A stretch of DNA of 64,000 nt from Ramazzottius varieornatus (GCA_001949185.1 BDGG01000001.1:1670263-1734262), one strand, 5' to 3'. Counted from the stretch's first letter, positions 28,262 through 42,061 are shown. Notes: generated from the sequence alone by a model not told the origin. Program-made: numbers and translations.

Positions 28262-29248
28262 TTACATGCTGAGCTCGGTTTCTGAAGCGTAAGGATCTTC
28301 AGTCAAACACAGCCGGAAGTACCTTTCCTGCATGAAATTCACATCATTTTTGATGTTCTGTAACTTGGAAGTCAGTAGCGCAATATCAGACTTGATCAGT
28401 TCCTTCTCAAATGTCACCGGCTCATATTTCAAATTACGAATCTGCCAGCGAAGTAACTGCAGCAGTTTCATCCGCGAACCCTTCTTGGTCAAGTCCGCTT
28501 GCATCACTTCCTTCTGCCTTGCCATCTCCGCAGTCTCCCCCCCATGCAAACTCTCGAAACATTCCTTGGATACCCGTTGGTCCTCCATCAGCAACTGCAT
28601 CTTCTTCCGGTCTTGCTCAAAGCCAACCCGCGCGTAGTACTTCAGCTTCTCTGTTTCTACCTCGATCTGTTTGACATACGCCTCCAAATCCTCAATGACC
28701 ACCTTCTGTTTCTGCCTACTTTCCTCCAGCTCTTTGTAGCATTTCTGAGCGCCTATATGAGCCTTGTGTAGCCACTGCCTCGTCTCGATCCTCTTCCTGG
28801 CTTCCTTGCCCAACTGTTCGTCAGCTTCCTCAATCTGTTTGATCACGGTTTCGTTCAAGGCTTTTTGTTTCTCATAGAGGTCGGCTGCTTTCATAGCTTG
28901 AGCTTTCAGTTCGGCCCTCTCCCACTGGTCTTGCACCTGAACGCCCATAGTCAGCATGTGTAGCTTGATCTCATCATTGAGTCCTTTCCGATGTTGGCGA
29001 AGCATCAAGAGGGGGCTCACTTTTGGCACGGCACCTTTCGCGAGAGTGTCGAGAGCGTTGGCTGGTCTGCGGGAAGCCTTCTTCTCATGTTGATCGCCCC
29101 CTTCGTATGCATGTTGATCTTTCCAGCTATGCAAGACATCACCTAAGCGCTGTAGCCGCTCGGTCGATTCCTTCGAGGGTTCTTGCACGCGAGCTCGCAG
29201 ACAAGCATAGGCTGTAGGTGTTGGAGGTGGAAGGGTCACTGAGTCCAT
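28262..29248 (-). CDS. Intronless coiled-coil hypothetical protein (328 aa)
   Basis: Long ATG-initiated ORF with E/K/Q-rich heptads. Confidence 0.7.
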   Translation of the reverse strand: MDSVTLPPPTPTAYACLRARVQEPSKESTERLQRLGDVLHSWKDQHAYEGGDQHEKKASRRPANALDTLAKGAVPKVSPLLMLRQHRKGLNDEIKLHMLTMGVQVQDQWERAELKAQAMKAADLYEKQKALNETVIKQIEEADEQLGKEARKRIETRQWLHKAHIGAQKCYKELEESRQKQKVVIEDLEAYVKQIEVETEKLKYYARVGFEQDRKKMQLLMEDQRVSKECFESLHGGETAEMARQKEVMQADLTKKGSRMKLLQLLRWQIRNLKYEPVTFEKELIKSDIALLTSKLQNIKNDVNFMQERYFRLCLTEDPYASETELSM

Positions 29249-29855
29249 TTATATACCGAAGTATGGCGTATGACTGTTGAAAGCATACAACTGTCACGGT
29301 CGAAAAAACCCTTGGACGTAAAAGATTGTAGGAAAGGGAAAGAGAGGACCCCAATCGTGACAGCCAGTACGAGGTAGACATTCTCGTCGCTTGTACCCAC
29401 CATCACGAACTTACGTACACTGTACCCCGAATCAGAGGTACTCAGAAACCCAAGCATTTTAAAAATGATAATCTGCTCGAGCATTGCCCCGATGACATGT
29501 CCGATGCTCACTAATCAGGACAGCGAGGTCGTCGAGGACCTGTAGCTACCGCACTGTTTGTTTAGTACGCGACCCTCGCTATGGAAACCTCCATCAGGAA
29601 GTCATCCATATTTGCGAAAATGTACCCGTGTCTTTCGACTTTGCTAGCAGAGGCCCTGTACAGCTGACTGTGCTAAACAGGGCGTGTGTACTGCCTCGCA
29701 AGAATTAGCTCCGCAAAGCCTTTCCAATGGTCATATTTCATACAATCTAACGATATACCGACGTGCCTTCAATTACGTACTACCTACTCCACATCCTACC
29801 AAGCCTTCTGCCCACCTGACGGAGCGGGCAGGTAGAGACGTGCTCCTGTTGCTAC

Positions 29856-31383
29856 ATGGGAGAAACACGGTCCGGCAAGCGATATGGCGCCGGCGACCCA
29901 CCCAGCAAAAAGCTCCATACTGGCGACAAAGCCGCCGCGCTGGAAAAGCTACCCAAGCTGACGGCCGGCGAGAAAAAGAAGCTGGCCAGAGCCATGGAAG
30001 ATATCTCACCAGCGAAAAAGTTCAATCGGGATGCCCTGCGGAAGAAACTAATGGTCAAACATCACATGGAGGAAACTGTTGTCAACTCTATCTTATCCAC
30101 CATCCTCCCCAATAGCGCCATTGCGCACGTCCGCTTCGATGATGTTATTGGCCAGGACGAAGCTGTCAAGTCCTTGCGGGAACGCGTGGTTTATCCTGCA
30201 TTGAACCCTGGTGTAAGATCTACCACCTAGATAAAGAGAAATTCCGTTATCCAGCTCGCCAGATGAACTACCTTCCTGACTAAAATTTGGTTTACAATTT
30301 CGTTTGCCTTAGAGTCTCACCTTGTCGTTCTTTCACTTCAGCTCTTCAAATGCCAGAAAGTTCTGAAGCCACCACGTGGGGTGCTAATGTTTGGCCCAAC
30401 CGGTAACGGAAAGACCTTGTTGGCCAAAGCCTGTGCTTCTCAAACTCATTACAACTTTATGAACGTCAGCGCATCCGCTTTGGTTTCCAAATGGGTGAGC
30501 GCTCTACTGTAGTTATCGTCTGCTGTTCGTTTGGGAAGGCGGATGCTGGAGAAAGGACGGTTCTGGTTACGTCATCGCGTGTTTGCAGGTTGGTGATAGC
30601 GAGAAACTTATCAAGCTGTTGTTTGAATGCGCCAAAGAAATTCAGCCAACGATTGTTTTCATCGGTAAGATTTGCTGTCTCATACTAGATCGAAACTGGA
30701 TGAAAAAGCGGAAAGTAACTTTTAAATTTATAGATGAGATTGATGCGATGCTTTCGCAGCGGACCAGCGCGGATCGCGAAGACACCCGTCGGTTCAAGAA
30801 CGAGTTCCTCGTCCATTTCGACGGAATGCTTTGTTCGACAGAAGACCGGGTACTAATACTAGGAGCAACTAACCTGCCTCAGTGTATCGACTCTGCAGCT
30901 TTACGGTAAGAGCTCTGGCGATGAGTGAGAAATGGCAGAACCGACCTGACGACTTCCGTCTTCCTCCTTGTAGGCGATTTGACTTGCGCATCTTTATGGG
31001 ACCTCCCGACTTGAACGCTCGTATCAAGATTCTCGAAACAATCTTGAAAGATCTCAAGAACAACTTCAATAGGGAAGACATCAGGACAGTTGCAAAAATT
31101 ACCGATAACTTCTCCGCGTCGGATTTGGGGACGATAGCGCGGAATGCAGCATGGCTTCCATTGGGAACTGTCGCTCAACATCTGATAGCGACCCTCCGCC
31201 CCGACGAGGTACGATGTATCTGTCTTCTTCTTCTTTGAATGAAGCCTAATACAAAATGCTTTTCAGATACCTGAAGTCACTGTAGAGCATTTCACCAAGG
31301 TGGTACAGGGCTTTATCCGATCCATGAACGACGAGGAGATGGAGGCTATGAATGCCTGGGCCAATCAGAACAAGCTCGGTTGA
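29856..31383 (+). CDS. Spastin/fidgetin-like (meiotic clade) AAA ATPase, 6 exons, short basic N-terminus
   Basis: Motifs VRFDDVIGQDEAVKSLRE, GPTGNGKTLLAKA, SASALVSKWVGDSEKL, FIDEIDAML, GATNLP and FSASDL. GT-AG introns keep the frame. TGA at 31381-31383. Confidence 0.9.
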
Positions 31384-32409
31384 TTGACACCGTTGTTGAT
31401 TTGTTTTGTCAGAAGAGATTCTTTGTTGTTTTGCGGTATTTCGTCCTCGTATCATTATATAGTAACTCCTGCAGTTCAGAGAACAAATCTCGTTAGTCAT
31501 CTTACGAACAAAACTCTGTGTACAGTGAAACAAAACTCACCGCAAATGACACAAGAGTAGAAGTGAATGGAATACTGTAAAATTCCCTTGCAGCTACAGC
31601 AAGAAAAGCAACGAAGTCCGAGCTCGCACAAAAGGGATGAAGGTCCGAAGGAAGGCATCAAGAAGAGAGACGACCATGGCGCAGCATCTGTTCGGGTACC
31701 AGCGTTGGACATGATCATGACTTCAGGAATCCTTCGCGAATAAGTTAACGGAAGATCCGAACAATGCGACTGTCCAGCTTTCCTCCAAACATACGCTACG
31801 TCACCAACCCGAAAGGTGTGAATACTCTGCTTGGTTCGTATTGTCTTGGGTACGATGTCTGACGTCACGCTTCACGATACGCTGGCTCCGACCACAACTC
31901 GAGAACTGGATCAAGTAATTCGCGACAAAAAAACCTTCTGGAGAGAGAGTTTTAATCAGTTGAGTTTTTTGGGGTTTAAAAGATGAAAAAGAAGGTTACA
32001 TTCCAGAGAGCTCGACGAAAAAACTAATTAAAGGCTCAAAAGATGAGATGACCAACCATAACTGGCGTATAGCGTTGGAAAAGGCCAAAAAGAGGAAAAT
32101 ATTGAAGCAGAAAAGAGGGCAAACTCATCTCGAGATAAAACTGCACGATGAACTAAGGACTCGCGAAATAAGAGAGCGAGCCATGCTTAAATAAACGAGT
32201 AATACGGTAAGAATACGAAACAAGAAGACAGCGTGAGGTAAAATTGCTCCTGAGGGAAAAAGGCTGAAAGCCCGGCTGAAATAGTTATACAAAAAACAGA
32301 TTCCACTGGCATTCGTACACACCGTTAATTAAAGTCTCGGATAAAAGTTTCGTACTCAAACCATGCGATAAAATAGGGTAAGAAAATGTAACACCAAAAA
32401 GCACGGAAC

Positions 32410-35024
32410 CTAGAACTCTGAATCGTAGTTGGTGCGAGGGTTGCGCATCATCGGAGTGTGCTGCTTCATCTCCTCCGACGAATGCTGCCATTGCCAGCAC
32501 GTTCCGCAGTAGTACTGGAAGCATTCCATGTCACGACAGAAGAAGGGACCCACCTGAGCTTGGCAAGTGCTGCAGACCTGATCCTCCAGGAAGGGATCGA
32601 TTTGAATCTTCTTACTGAACTTCTGAGTGCGCAGCTCCACGAAAGCCGCGCGAATCGCCTTGATGTAGCTGTGAGTGCAGTTGAACACGACGCGTCCAGA
32701 GCCGATGGGGTACTTGTGCTTGTCTGTAAAAGAAAAGAAGTCAAATTAGAACCATGAAGAACCAACAACGGCTCCAAACAATTCCAACGTCGAAAGTCAG
32801 CTGGAACCGTAACATTGAAACCCGGTTACAAGAAAGTACGGCGGTTATCGCGTACCAGCGCATCTTGCGCCACGCAGACTGGTCACTTCAGTACGCAGCT
32901 TCGCATTCGCCAACGTCCGATAGTCTGATCGACAACGCATCGAGCCGTAATTAACAACTGACACTGAGGCTCCGACCTGACCGATATGCAGCTTCGGTGG
33001 CACGGTACTGGTTCCGGTAACACCGCTATAATCGGCGGCGAAACTTCCTCCTGAATTTTCTAACTCCCGGTCTACGAATCTTTCAAAAGACAAAGGCCTT
33101 ACCGGTATCGATGTTTGCCGCGACGACGCCTCCGAAGAGATCGTCCATGATGCGAGCCAATCCTTCCGCGTTCAGCATCCCGTGCAGGCTGCCCACGAAG
33201 ACAGTCTTGGTCCCGAAAGCCGAGATGCAGCCATTGCGGACAAAGGTAGAGTCCGCCAGCTGCCAAGGGATCACCTGGACATCCTTGCGACGCATGCGGC
33301 TGCTGCACACTTTGTAGTAGTAGTTCCGCGAGTTGCCGACGCTCTGATCCAACGTGCATGCCGCCAGCAACGCTCGAACCGAGCGCTCGTTGTCGAAGAT
33401 GATGTAGAGATATCCTGCAAGGAGAAAAGCGTTCCGATCACAGACGAAGCCAACGACGAACAGCCCATCTCACATATCCAATGCAGAAATCCCGCTGGGA
33501 TTTCTTCCGTTTCGCTTCTTTCAAAGATTCTCAAATAAATGTGGCGTGGGGAATGGACTGAACGTGATTCTCATCAAGTAGCGCACTGATCTATTGTTTT
33601 TGGCAGAGTTTGTGCGCCACTCGGGAAAAAGATTATGTTCAAGGTCACGAGCCGACCTCCAAGTCGCAACAGAAAGCCAGACTACATCTAGTCAGAGCAG
33701 TACCTTTGGAGTTGCGTCCCGCAAAGTCGATATGGGTGGAAGGCCATTCGACTTTGAGCGGACCAAATCGACGGAAGGCTTCGTTGAGGTTGGCTTCCGT
33801 GATGTCCCAAGGAACTCCACCAAGGAAAACCTGTACAAGACGCAAGATCAGCCACAATAATGCAAAGAGAAGGTGGAGAGGCTTGGGAGACTTTACGTTT
33901 CTTACCTTGCAAGAGTAAGCCAAACCTTTAGAGTTGCGAGCTGGCAGAAGTCCACTCCACACGACGCTGGGCACGCAGATGGATGCAGCCAGCCGATAAG
34001 CTTGAGCCTGGCGTTCCACCGTTCCTCCGTTGGTCCAGCGGTTATCCTCGGCCAAGACGGGAGTGCTCTGCGCCACAGCAGCAGCAGCCAACGAAGCAGA
34101 AGAGCGTTTCTGGACGCGGACAAACTCCGAGACGACGGGAGAACCACTGGAGCCGTTGCAGCAGGACATGGACGAGCCGGAAGTCGAGCCGTTTCCGCAT
34201 TGGTGTGCCTGTACACCGCCACCGCTGTTGCACTGGTGTCCGACTCCGCCTTCTGCGCTGCACCCGCCACCACGGCACTGCCCGCCACCGCCACTGTTGG
34301 TGCTGCTGTTGAGCCCTGAGGTGTTCATGTGGTCGGGAACCATGCTATAGGCCTTGCCACTACTGGTGTAAGACTGAGTAGGCGAGTACTGCGCAGTGGG
34401 TAGGCGACGAGACATGAAGGGCTGGCTCGAACGACGTCCACCGGTTCCCACCTGACTTCCGTAGTCGCTGTTCATCGTGGAGGCGCAGTAGCGCTCGTAG
34501 GCTGTTCCGTCCATCTGGGTAGCTGGACGACTGTAGTCCGAGCAGGAGTTGAAGTCGGACGTGCGGCTGAGCGGAGTGGAGCAACGCTGGGGCTGAAAGG
34601 GCGCAGCCAGCTGACCGGACGCTTGCGACGTGATGAACTCTAGCTCGGAATCGCTTCCCTCCGTGGCACTTTCCATCTCACAGCTGGATAAGCTTGTCTG
34701 AACATCCAGCTTGCTCTGGGAACCTAGAGGAACACACACAGACCATCAGGATTTTTTTCCGCTAGGAAAAAAATAGAACTGATTTTCACAGGAAAGATTT
34801 CGTCTGGCATAAAAAATCGGCCGAAAATTCCTGTTGCACGATGCGGAACATTTTCCAACGGTAATGGGGACTATACCAGCTACGCTCTCCGTACCTGATG
34901 GAAGACGTGGCACGTACTGGAAGCTGTTTTGAGCGCGACGATCAGCGGAACTTCCGGTCACGAAAGCGTTCTCCTTGGCGTTCTCGGCCTGCAGATAGCG
35001 AGCGTACTGGGATTGGCTGTTCAT
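32410..35024 (-). CDS. CPEB1: Cytoplasmic polyadenylation element-binding protein 1 (Orb-like)
   Basis: RRM1 [16 protein letters not shown], linker VQVIPW, RRM2 [18 protein letters not shown]...[15 protein letters not shown], and ZZ finger [24 protein letters not shown]. Confidence 0.95.
33578..33620. repeat. Same palindrome (CPEB1 intron; 25-nt spacer)
   Basis: GTAGCGCAC ... GTGCGCCAC. Confidence 0.8.
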
Positions 35025-35925
35025 CTTGATGGGAAGAAGGAGCCTGGAACGACATAAAAGGGTAATACACAAAAACACGGGAAGCTTTAAAACCGGAATA
35101 TCGCAAAAGGGGCGAAGAGCGAGCAGGTAAAAGGAGGAAAACTTCTCGGAGCGATGGAAAAACAGCACTGACAGAAGCAGCTCTTACATCAACACGCGCA
35201 GGCTGTATTGCAACACCTACGCCTAGGCGTCAGATGTACGGAGCGTTTCGACCAATCACGACGTGGTCAATAGCTAGGAAGATTTTGTGACTGACTGGGA
35301 GCGCTAGCTCCACCTGCTGATCCACTGCCAAGTCCAGACTAGCGTGGCTAGCTGAGTCATGCGCGCCCTAGCGAGGTAGACTGCGAAGCTGGACCAGCTC
35401 TCTCTGCGCTCTCTCGCAAATCTCCTCCCTCGACCGAATGGCCGATCTTGACCTGGAGGACAGCCAGCCTGGGTTCTTTGTGCCAACCCGAAGATTATCT
35501 GATTTGTGAATGACCAGGATCTCTTGTGCGGCCGTGCAGCGTCAACGCAGCAACAATAAAATTCATAGGGACAAAAACAAAATCCATTGAACGAGTTTGT
35601 TCAGGTAAAATTTAATGAAATAAGCGAACGAAAGATTCAGGTTTCGCCTACAGTCGCTCGTAAGAATTTGAAATCATTTCCGGGCAGACTCCGGCAAACA
35701 TACTAGCGGAGAAAACAAAAAGCTCGAACCGGAAGTCCGTAAAGCCGTAATCTGGACTCGATCCCGAAGTCCGAACGGTGACGTCATTTTGTCCGGTAAA
35801 GTTCTCAATCAAATTAATGTCGAATCAAACTGTCAGAACAGGAATTTCTCATTTTAAATCAATTTGGCAATGCAAGAGAGCTCCATCGTATCCTCATCAT
35901 TCAAGGACCTAGCATCGTTAGATTC

Positions 35926-37910
35926 CTAAACGGTATATTCTTCCGGTATCAAGCTCCTTCCTTCTCCCAAATTCAGAACGGTCATGGCGTCTCCTCTGCC
36001 TCGAATCTTAAATTTCCTCTGTTGAAAATTTTGGAGGAAGATTTTCGTGGTTTTGTTCTTCGCCGGAACATCTTTGGTTTGATCCAGCCCCTTCTTCCCT
36101 GCATCCCGCTCGCCATTCACCAGATCTAGGAAATCCCTCTGCTCGTCGAACGAAGAGAACCAGATATATGTTGTCTTATTTTTACGTCTATCCCGAACTA
36201 GCACACCACCCTCGGTTTCGCCGTACGGGAGAAACTCCAGCCAGTCGATCGAGGAGCAAGTTTCCGAATACTTTTTGGGATTCAGTAGGACCTGCAAAAC
36301 CTTTTTCGTTATTCGGTAGCTTTCTGAACTTCTTGTTCTTCTTACAGAAGGACTGGGACCAAGGGCGAAGTTCCGGTCTTCTGTCACGGCCAAGTACTGG
36401 CGCTGCAAGACGACTAAGCCCTCGTGGACGACGGCGCTGAAGATGAGATCCGGACTTCGCAGCTGGTGCGCAATTTTGCTGGCTTGCTGCACAGCCAGAT
36501 ACACAATTTCTTTGGTCATTCTGTCCTTGAACTCCAACGAGGCCAGTTTGTTCTGTTGTTTGTCTAGGACATCCAGGAGGTAATTGCGCTTCTTCTCGTC
36601 TGTGTCGTCACTACGAGCAAGCCGGAAGTGAAGGAGATCCAAGCCTGAACGGGCTATGTCTCTTTCTGACTGATTCTCGCACTCCTAAACAGTTTGTTTC
36701 TCAATCCAAACACTGTTTCGTGGTACTCCGAAGGTTTCGTTTTGCAGATGAAAAACTTCGTACACAAAAGAGTCGATCTGTACTTCACGATCGTCCGCGA
36801 GGAGGAGGAAGCCGTTGTCGTACACTCCGAGAGTCCGCGGAGAAGAAATAAGCGCCCCATTGGACAACACGACGTGTTCCTGTAGGGTGCAGATAGCGAG
36901 AAGCAGCGGACGGGATAGCTCGTGATGGGACTTGCAGATACATTTGCACTGTAAGGGGCAGTCTTTTTCTAAACGAACAGAAGCCAAACTCATCGTCGTT
37001 TATCAGACGATCAGGAAGATAAATGCCCCAGAGCCAGGCAGACTATTTTCGATTAAAACGAAACGTCATAACTCTCTCACGGAGTCTCTATGGCATCCAG
37101 AAAACAAAACCGGAAAACCACAACGCAACAGTGAGAAAACGGCAGGGAACTATTAAAAAAAAAAGTAAAATTTGGCCTTGACGAAAGCTCGAACTGGAGC
37201 GACCAAATAAGAAACGCGGGAGATGCACATTACGTTATCAGATAATCATTTTTGGTTTCTAGAATATTCCTCATTATCGAAAGGAAATGTGCAACGAGTT
37301 CTGAATAGGAAAGCTTGACACTAAATTCAAAGTTATCTTTTTGGAGATCACAGAGAACCAGCATCTGCTGGATGGCTTTGGTTTGTTCTTCCAGAAGCTT
37401 CGCCTGCTCTGCAGGCATCCTCTGGTTGAAGGCTTTGTGCTGGAGACTTCTACAGGCCTTCACGAACCTATTGGTAGGCGTCCACTTCCAGGCAGCCACA
37501 CAGACTTCGTAGAGCTGGACATTGTCCCGTTTCACTCTCTCGAGCCAGAACCGGAAGGCAGAACAGACCTCTTTCACTTTGGCTTGGTTCAGATCGGAGA
37601 CAAAAGCTATCCTGTGCTCGAGAGCTTTTAGGGACTGTGCGATCTCCTGTCGCCTTATGTAGGTATCGTATTCTCCGACTGTCTGAAAATGTCGATCGGC
37701 GTGCTGCAAAGAAATTTGACAAGCTTTGAGCAAAATTCCGTAGAAATATACGCGAATACAGCAAAAGCAGGCACAAGTGGCGCATGGTATCATCGCGGAC
37801 CAACCTGCCAAGAGGACAGTTGACGTTTCGTGGCCTTGCATCGGCATCCCGCAAATACGCCATGCGCCACTTTGTTTGCATACAGCCTGTCCCAGCCAAC
37901 TTTCCACCAC
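35926..37910 (-). CDS. Multi-exon hypothetical protein (boundaries uncertain)
   Basis: Three co-oriented long ORFs (37230-37910, 36685-36993, 35926-36642) separated by AT-rich intron-like stretches. No family recognised. Confidence 0.45.
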
Positions 37911-38595
37911 TCATGAAATCATGACCTTCTCGACGCGATCATCTCTCAACTTCGACACATATTTTCCCTGGTTCAACATTCATTTCGCTTCCTTTCCAAA
38001 AATTACTGTCCAGAAATCGAGATTACGTCCGGAAAGGAGCGAAGGGAAAAACACACCAACTCTGGCAGTTTTCGGAGCCGTTTCCGAAAATTAATTTTTC
38101 AGTCCTCCGTTGAGGTCCTGAGATACTGTTGTTGAAAATAATTAGAAAACCAACAAATTTACAGAAAACGTGGCTGGAAGTGCGAACTGCCATTCCGAAA
38201 AAGCTAGAAATTTCGCCCCAAACGAGTTTTCCCGGCAGAAATGCCAAACTCAGCAGTTTCAATTCGTTTGCCAAGCCGGTCAAAATCTTTTTTATCTTTC
38301 TCGATTTTTCCTGACTGCTAAAATAGTTTTACGTTTGCTCAGATCAATTTTGAGAACGGAAACTCATCCACGAAATCTTTCAGACAGCTTTTGACTTGCG
38401 GTGCTATGTCTTCCCCACCGGGAGTCGCACTGGTCAATTTTTTCACGCAGTGTGCCATCTCACCTAAACAAATGAGGGCTCATACGAGGCAGCTTGATAA
38501 GCTGTAGGAAAGTTGTAGGAGCGTGAATGGTAAAGCAGCCATTTTTTTCCGCCCCAGGTGGTGGCAAGTTGGCTGGGACGGGGTGTATGTTCGAG

Positions 38596-38730
38596 TACGG
38601 ACCGTAATGCTTCTTGAACTTCGCGAACCGACGTCACATTAGGAGTAGAGTTTACGGGTATGGTGACGCATACAGCACATACCTACTATGACGCAATTTG
38701 CGGAAGTTCAAGAAGTATTACAGTACTGTA
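38596..38730. mobile_element. ~135-bp MITE family, copy 2
   Basis: Homologous to 10673-10806. TIR GTAATGCTTCTTGAAC / GTTCAAGAAGTATTAC, ending in CAGTACTGTA. Confidence 0.7.
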
Positions 38731-40882
38731 CGAAGCGCTTACTGCGATTACATTGGCAGGCTACACTTTTGCAACCACCGCAAACCGGCCACAAAGTTTT
38801 TCCCATTGTTCTTACCTCGTGCATGAAAATTCTAAGTGCATCTCGATCACTTTTGGCTATTTGTATGGCTCTGGTTGTCTGATGAGCTTCGACACGGATC
38901 TTCCCTATCCGCTTATCGATCTGACCCTTCCGCGACTTATACTCCATGGTGGCCTGTCTTCTCTTCATTAGTTCTTCCCACCGTTCCTTCACTTCCGCCT
39001 CGTTGACAGCAGTGTCCGTAACAATAGTTGCCAGAAGATCAGTATTAGCAGCCGTCAACCAGCTCTCACTGAGGTAGTCCCGTTGGCCTTGTCCTTTGCG
39101 GAAAGCTCGCGCGTCGTCGATCTCTTTCTGGAGAGCTCCACAAGCAACGGTATAAAATTCAACCTTTCTCCGAACGTACGTTCCGATAATATCGATATTT
39201 GCAATATCACGCGTACAAGATTCAACCTCGGAAATTAGTTCCTGCTTTCGGGCACGGGCAGCGCGTACTTGACTTTGGAGGGCTTTGTAGGGATCCCTGT
39301 TCAAGCGGATCCGACGGATCTGATCTTGGGCGGCAAGGATCTCCGGTGACCTTGAAATTCCAGTTTGTTTTCTGTCAGGTTCACCTTGGGAAGGTCTAAT
39401 CGACATTTTCAAAGTCAGCCATTTTGTATGCTGATCTGAACTCCATCAACAGTCGCTTGGCTACTTGCGAGTCTTCATCCTTCAAGCTCTCAACCAACAC
39501 CCTCTTCTAGCTCCGCAATCAGCCGAAAATGCTTAGAAGTGAACCCAGAATAGTCCCACTTGATCCTTGTCAAATGAAGCGAAAGGTCGATGAAGCTGAA
39601 CATTTGAAACCAACTTGAGTACGGCCAAAAAATATTATTAATACAATTGACACGATATCGTTCGACATATTGCACTAGCTTTTTAGCCCTGTGACTGCTC
39701 GGCTCTGCTGAGCAACAGTTCGCCGGGCCGACACCGCCCAATGTAGCAGCAATTCCTTCGGTATGTCGAATTTGTTACGGCTAGACACGGTCTAATGGAT
39801 TTTGCCAAAATTTATTGAGTTAGCTATTAGAGAATTTGAATTCTGCCGCAGAAAACAAGTTCGCGTTGCGAATCGGAACAGGTCCACAGAGTGTCACGCC
39901 ATTACGGTGGTTCGGCATCCGAACAGAAAAACTTCTACCAAGATTAGCGTTTTCATCAGAATGGGCAGAAAAGGCCTCATCATGAGCAGGCTGCAGTGTG
40001 TCATAGGGCCCTCGCATATCTCTCAGTTCGCCGCCAGCTGGTCCCACCGTTCCAACAGGCAACGAAGAACTTTCACTATGCAGGTCACTCTGATAGCTGA
40101 ACTCTGACTCTATAGGCCCATTCAAGACATTTGCCAAGCCCGCGGTTCGTTGGAGATCCAACATGGTACTCTCCGCCGCGAAGCTGTCGGTCTCCTTCAT
40201 ACTTCGTGCTTCGGAAGTTGTGTCCGCGGAACGAAGGGTCGTTAGGGAAGGACTGTTCTCGGTCAGGGAAGACAGGACAAAGGTCTGGGATCCACTTGTG
40301 TTTGTGGTGCTTTGTACGATTAACCGTTGATTCCGAGTACCTCGCCGAGTTCGCAGGAGGTTCTCCAGGTCGGATTGCATGGCTTCCAGACGCTGACGAG
40401 CTTCAGCGCGTTGATCCATGTTCGCACAATCGGCATCGTTCGTCGGGTATGTCGCGGTGTGGGCTGTGTTGTTCCAAGCATTGAGTAACGCGGAGTTACT
40501 CAGACTTTGAGCGACACCCGTCCGACGGTTGGCGAGTTTGGGAAGTGTGGGAAAGGACGTACTTCCGAAGGTCATGGCCTGCTGAGTCGGAAGGGAATGC
40601 GAGTGGAAGTGCGCAGGGGATCCTGTGGCTGGTGTTTTCTGAGTAGTTGGGCTACGTCCCTGCTGAGAACTGGGAGTAGAGGGAGCTGGATTTTCTTCTT
40701 CGAAGAATTGATTGGACGCATCGGTGGTGATGAACTGGAAGAGGGCGCTTTGTGGCCGGAGAGAGCGTAGAGGTTGGCTGGGTGTGGGCTTCAGGTTCTC
40801 CGGTATGACAATCCGTGGGCCGTTCTTTTTGGCGAGATGGAGAAGGGAGTGGGTCTGCCGTCTGAGCCACCATAGACTGCAA
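38708..40882 (-). CDS. Hypothetical Ser/Thr-rich plus coiled-coil protein(s) (ORFs 39820-40575 and 38708-39412)
   Basis: Two co-oriented ORFs longer than 230 codons. Whether they are one gene is unresolved. Confidence 0.4.
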
Positions 40883-40939
40883 TTGAATGGTATCGTACCT
40901 GACTAAACAAAATCACTTTGTCAAAGTACACGCAAGATA

Positions 40940-41247
40940 AGAAATTATGGTACAGTAAAAATTATGGGACATGCGGAAAGGACGGCGAACTGGAAATTCG
41001 ACCGTAGAAAAGTGTTGAAAACTGTATTGTACGTACTGTAATCCCCCGATATCTTCGCGAACCCTGTTACTCGTGGCGCCCCGTACATCATCCATACATA
41101 TACGCCTATCCGCCGTACGTAATGTACGTTTCGTAGGTGACGCCATGATATCAGGATTCGCGGGGATATCGGGGGAATACAGTACGTGCTCCCGTACCGC
41201 CGTAGCGAAAAGGCCTGTACCATAATTTTCACTGTACCATAATTTCT
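40940..41247. mobile_element. MITE-like element with doubled terminal repeats
   Basis: AGAAATTATGG-TA-CAGTAAAAATTATGG ... CCATAATTTTCACTG-TA-CCATAATTTCT. There is also an internal inverted repeat CCCCGATATC/GATATCGGGG. Confidence 0.7.
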
Positions 41248-41897
41248 CGTCCTGCGTGTACGGATAATGCGTTCATTGTATCGTGGTAGAGTGCCAGTCT
41301 TGAAAAAACCGAAAGACACTCAAATGCGCTGCTGGAGGTGAGATACCGCAGTCCGACTGCGCCATCTCGCCTCCTAGCACTAGCTAACAGTCCCATTGGT
41401 TCTCTGATTACCTCATCCGATAGACATGTTCGTAGTCTCCACGTAGTCCTTTTCTCGAAGGTCCGTAAGATCGAGCTCCGGCATACATTTTTCAGTCGGT
41501 CCAGGGCCAGCTTTCTTCTCTTTCTGTGCTGAACGAGTTCGGCGTTGACCAAAACCCAGAAGAAAATGGGCACGACATGAGAAACAGTTGCGGCTAGGAA
41601 CTGTCGAAACAGATCAACGGATTGCGGAGGAACAGGATGGTGCGAATCCCACAAGAACAAAACAGCGTATTGGATGGAGTCGACCTCCGAGCGTAACCTT
41701 GTCAGCCATGTGATGTCGCTGATATCAACAAGAGTGTATCGATGAATACTCTCAGTAAATTTATGGTTCGCGATTAGTTTGACCAATGAGTGAGAAATGA
41801 ATGAGTCGGTACAATAAGAATTAGCGCCAAAAATAATCAGATGAGAACATCCAGACAGGAACAGTTTCTTATTGAGCTTTCGCTCCTCCTTTTTCAT
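41229..41897 (-). CDS. Hypothetical protein (222-codon ORF; 3' end runs into the MITE)
   Basis: ATG-initiated ORF only. Confidence 0.35.
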   Translation of the reverse strand: MKKEERKLNKKLFLSGCSHLIIFGANSYCTDSFISHSLVKLIANHKFTESIHRYTLVDISDITWLTRLRSEVDSIQYAVLFLWDSHHPVPPQSVDLFRQFLAATVSHVVPIFFWVLVNAELVQHRKRRKLALDRLKNVCRSSILRTFEKRTTWRLRTCLSDEVIREPMGLLASARRRDGAVGLRYLTSSSAFECLSVFSRLALYHDTMNALSVHAGREIMVQ

Positions 41898-42061
41898 ATC
41901 GAGCCTACCCCGCTAGATTCCAGCCTGAAGCAAACATAGAATGAAAACCATAAACGAGTCAAAATGTTTCTTCAGAATCCCCAACAGTAAACATGATGAT
42001 ATTCTATATTTCTAACGGACCTCAGTGAACAATCAGTCGAAGCCGTAGCAACGATTTGATA

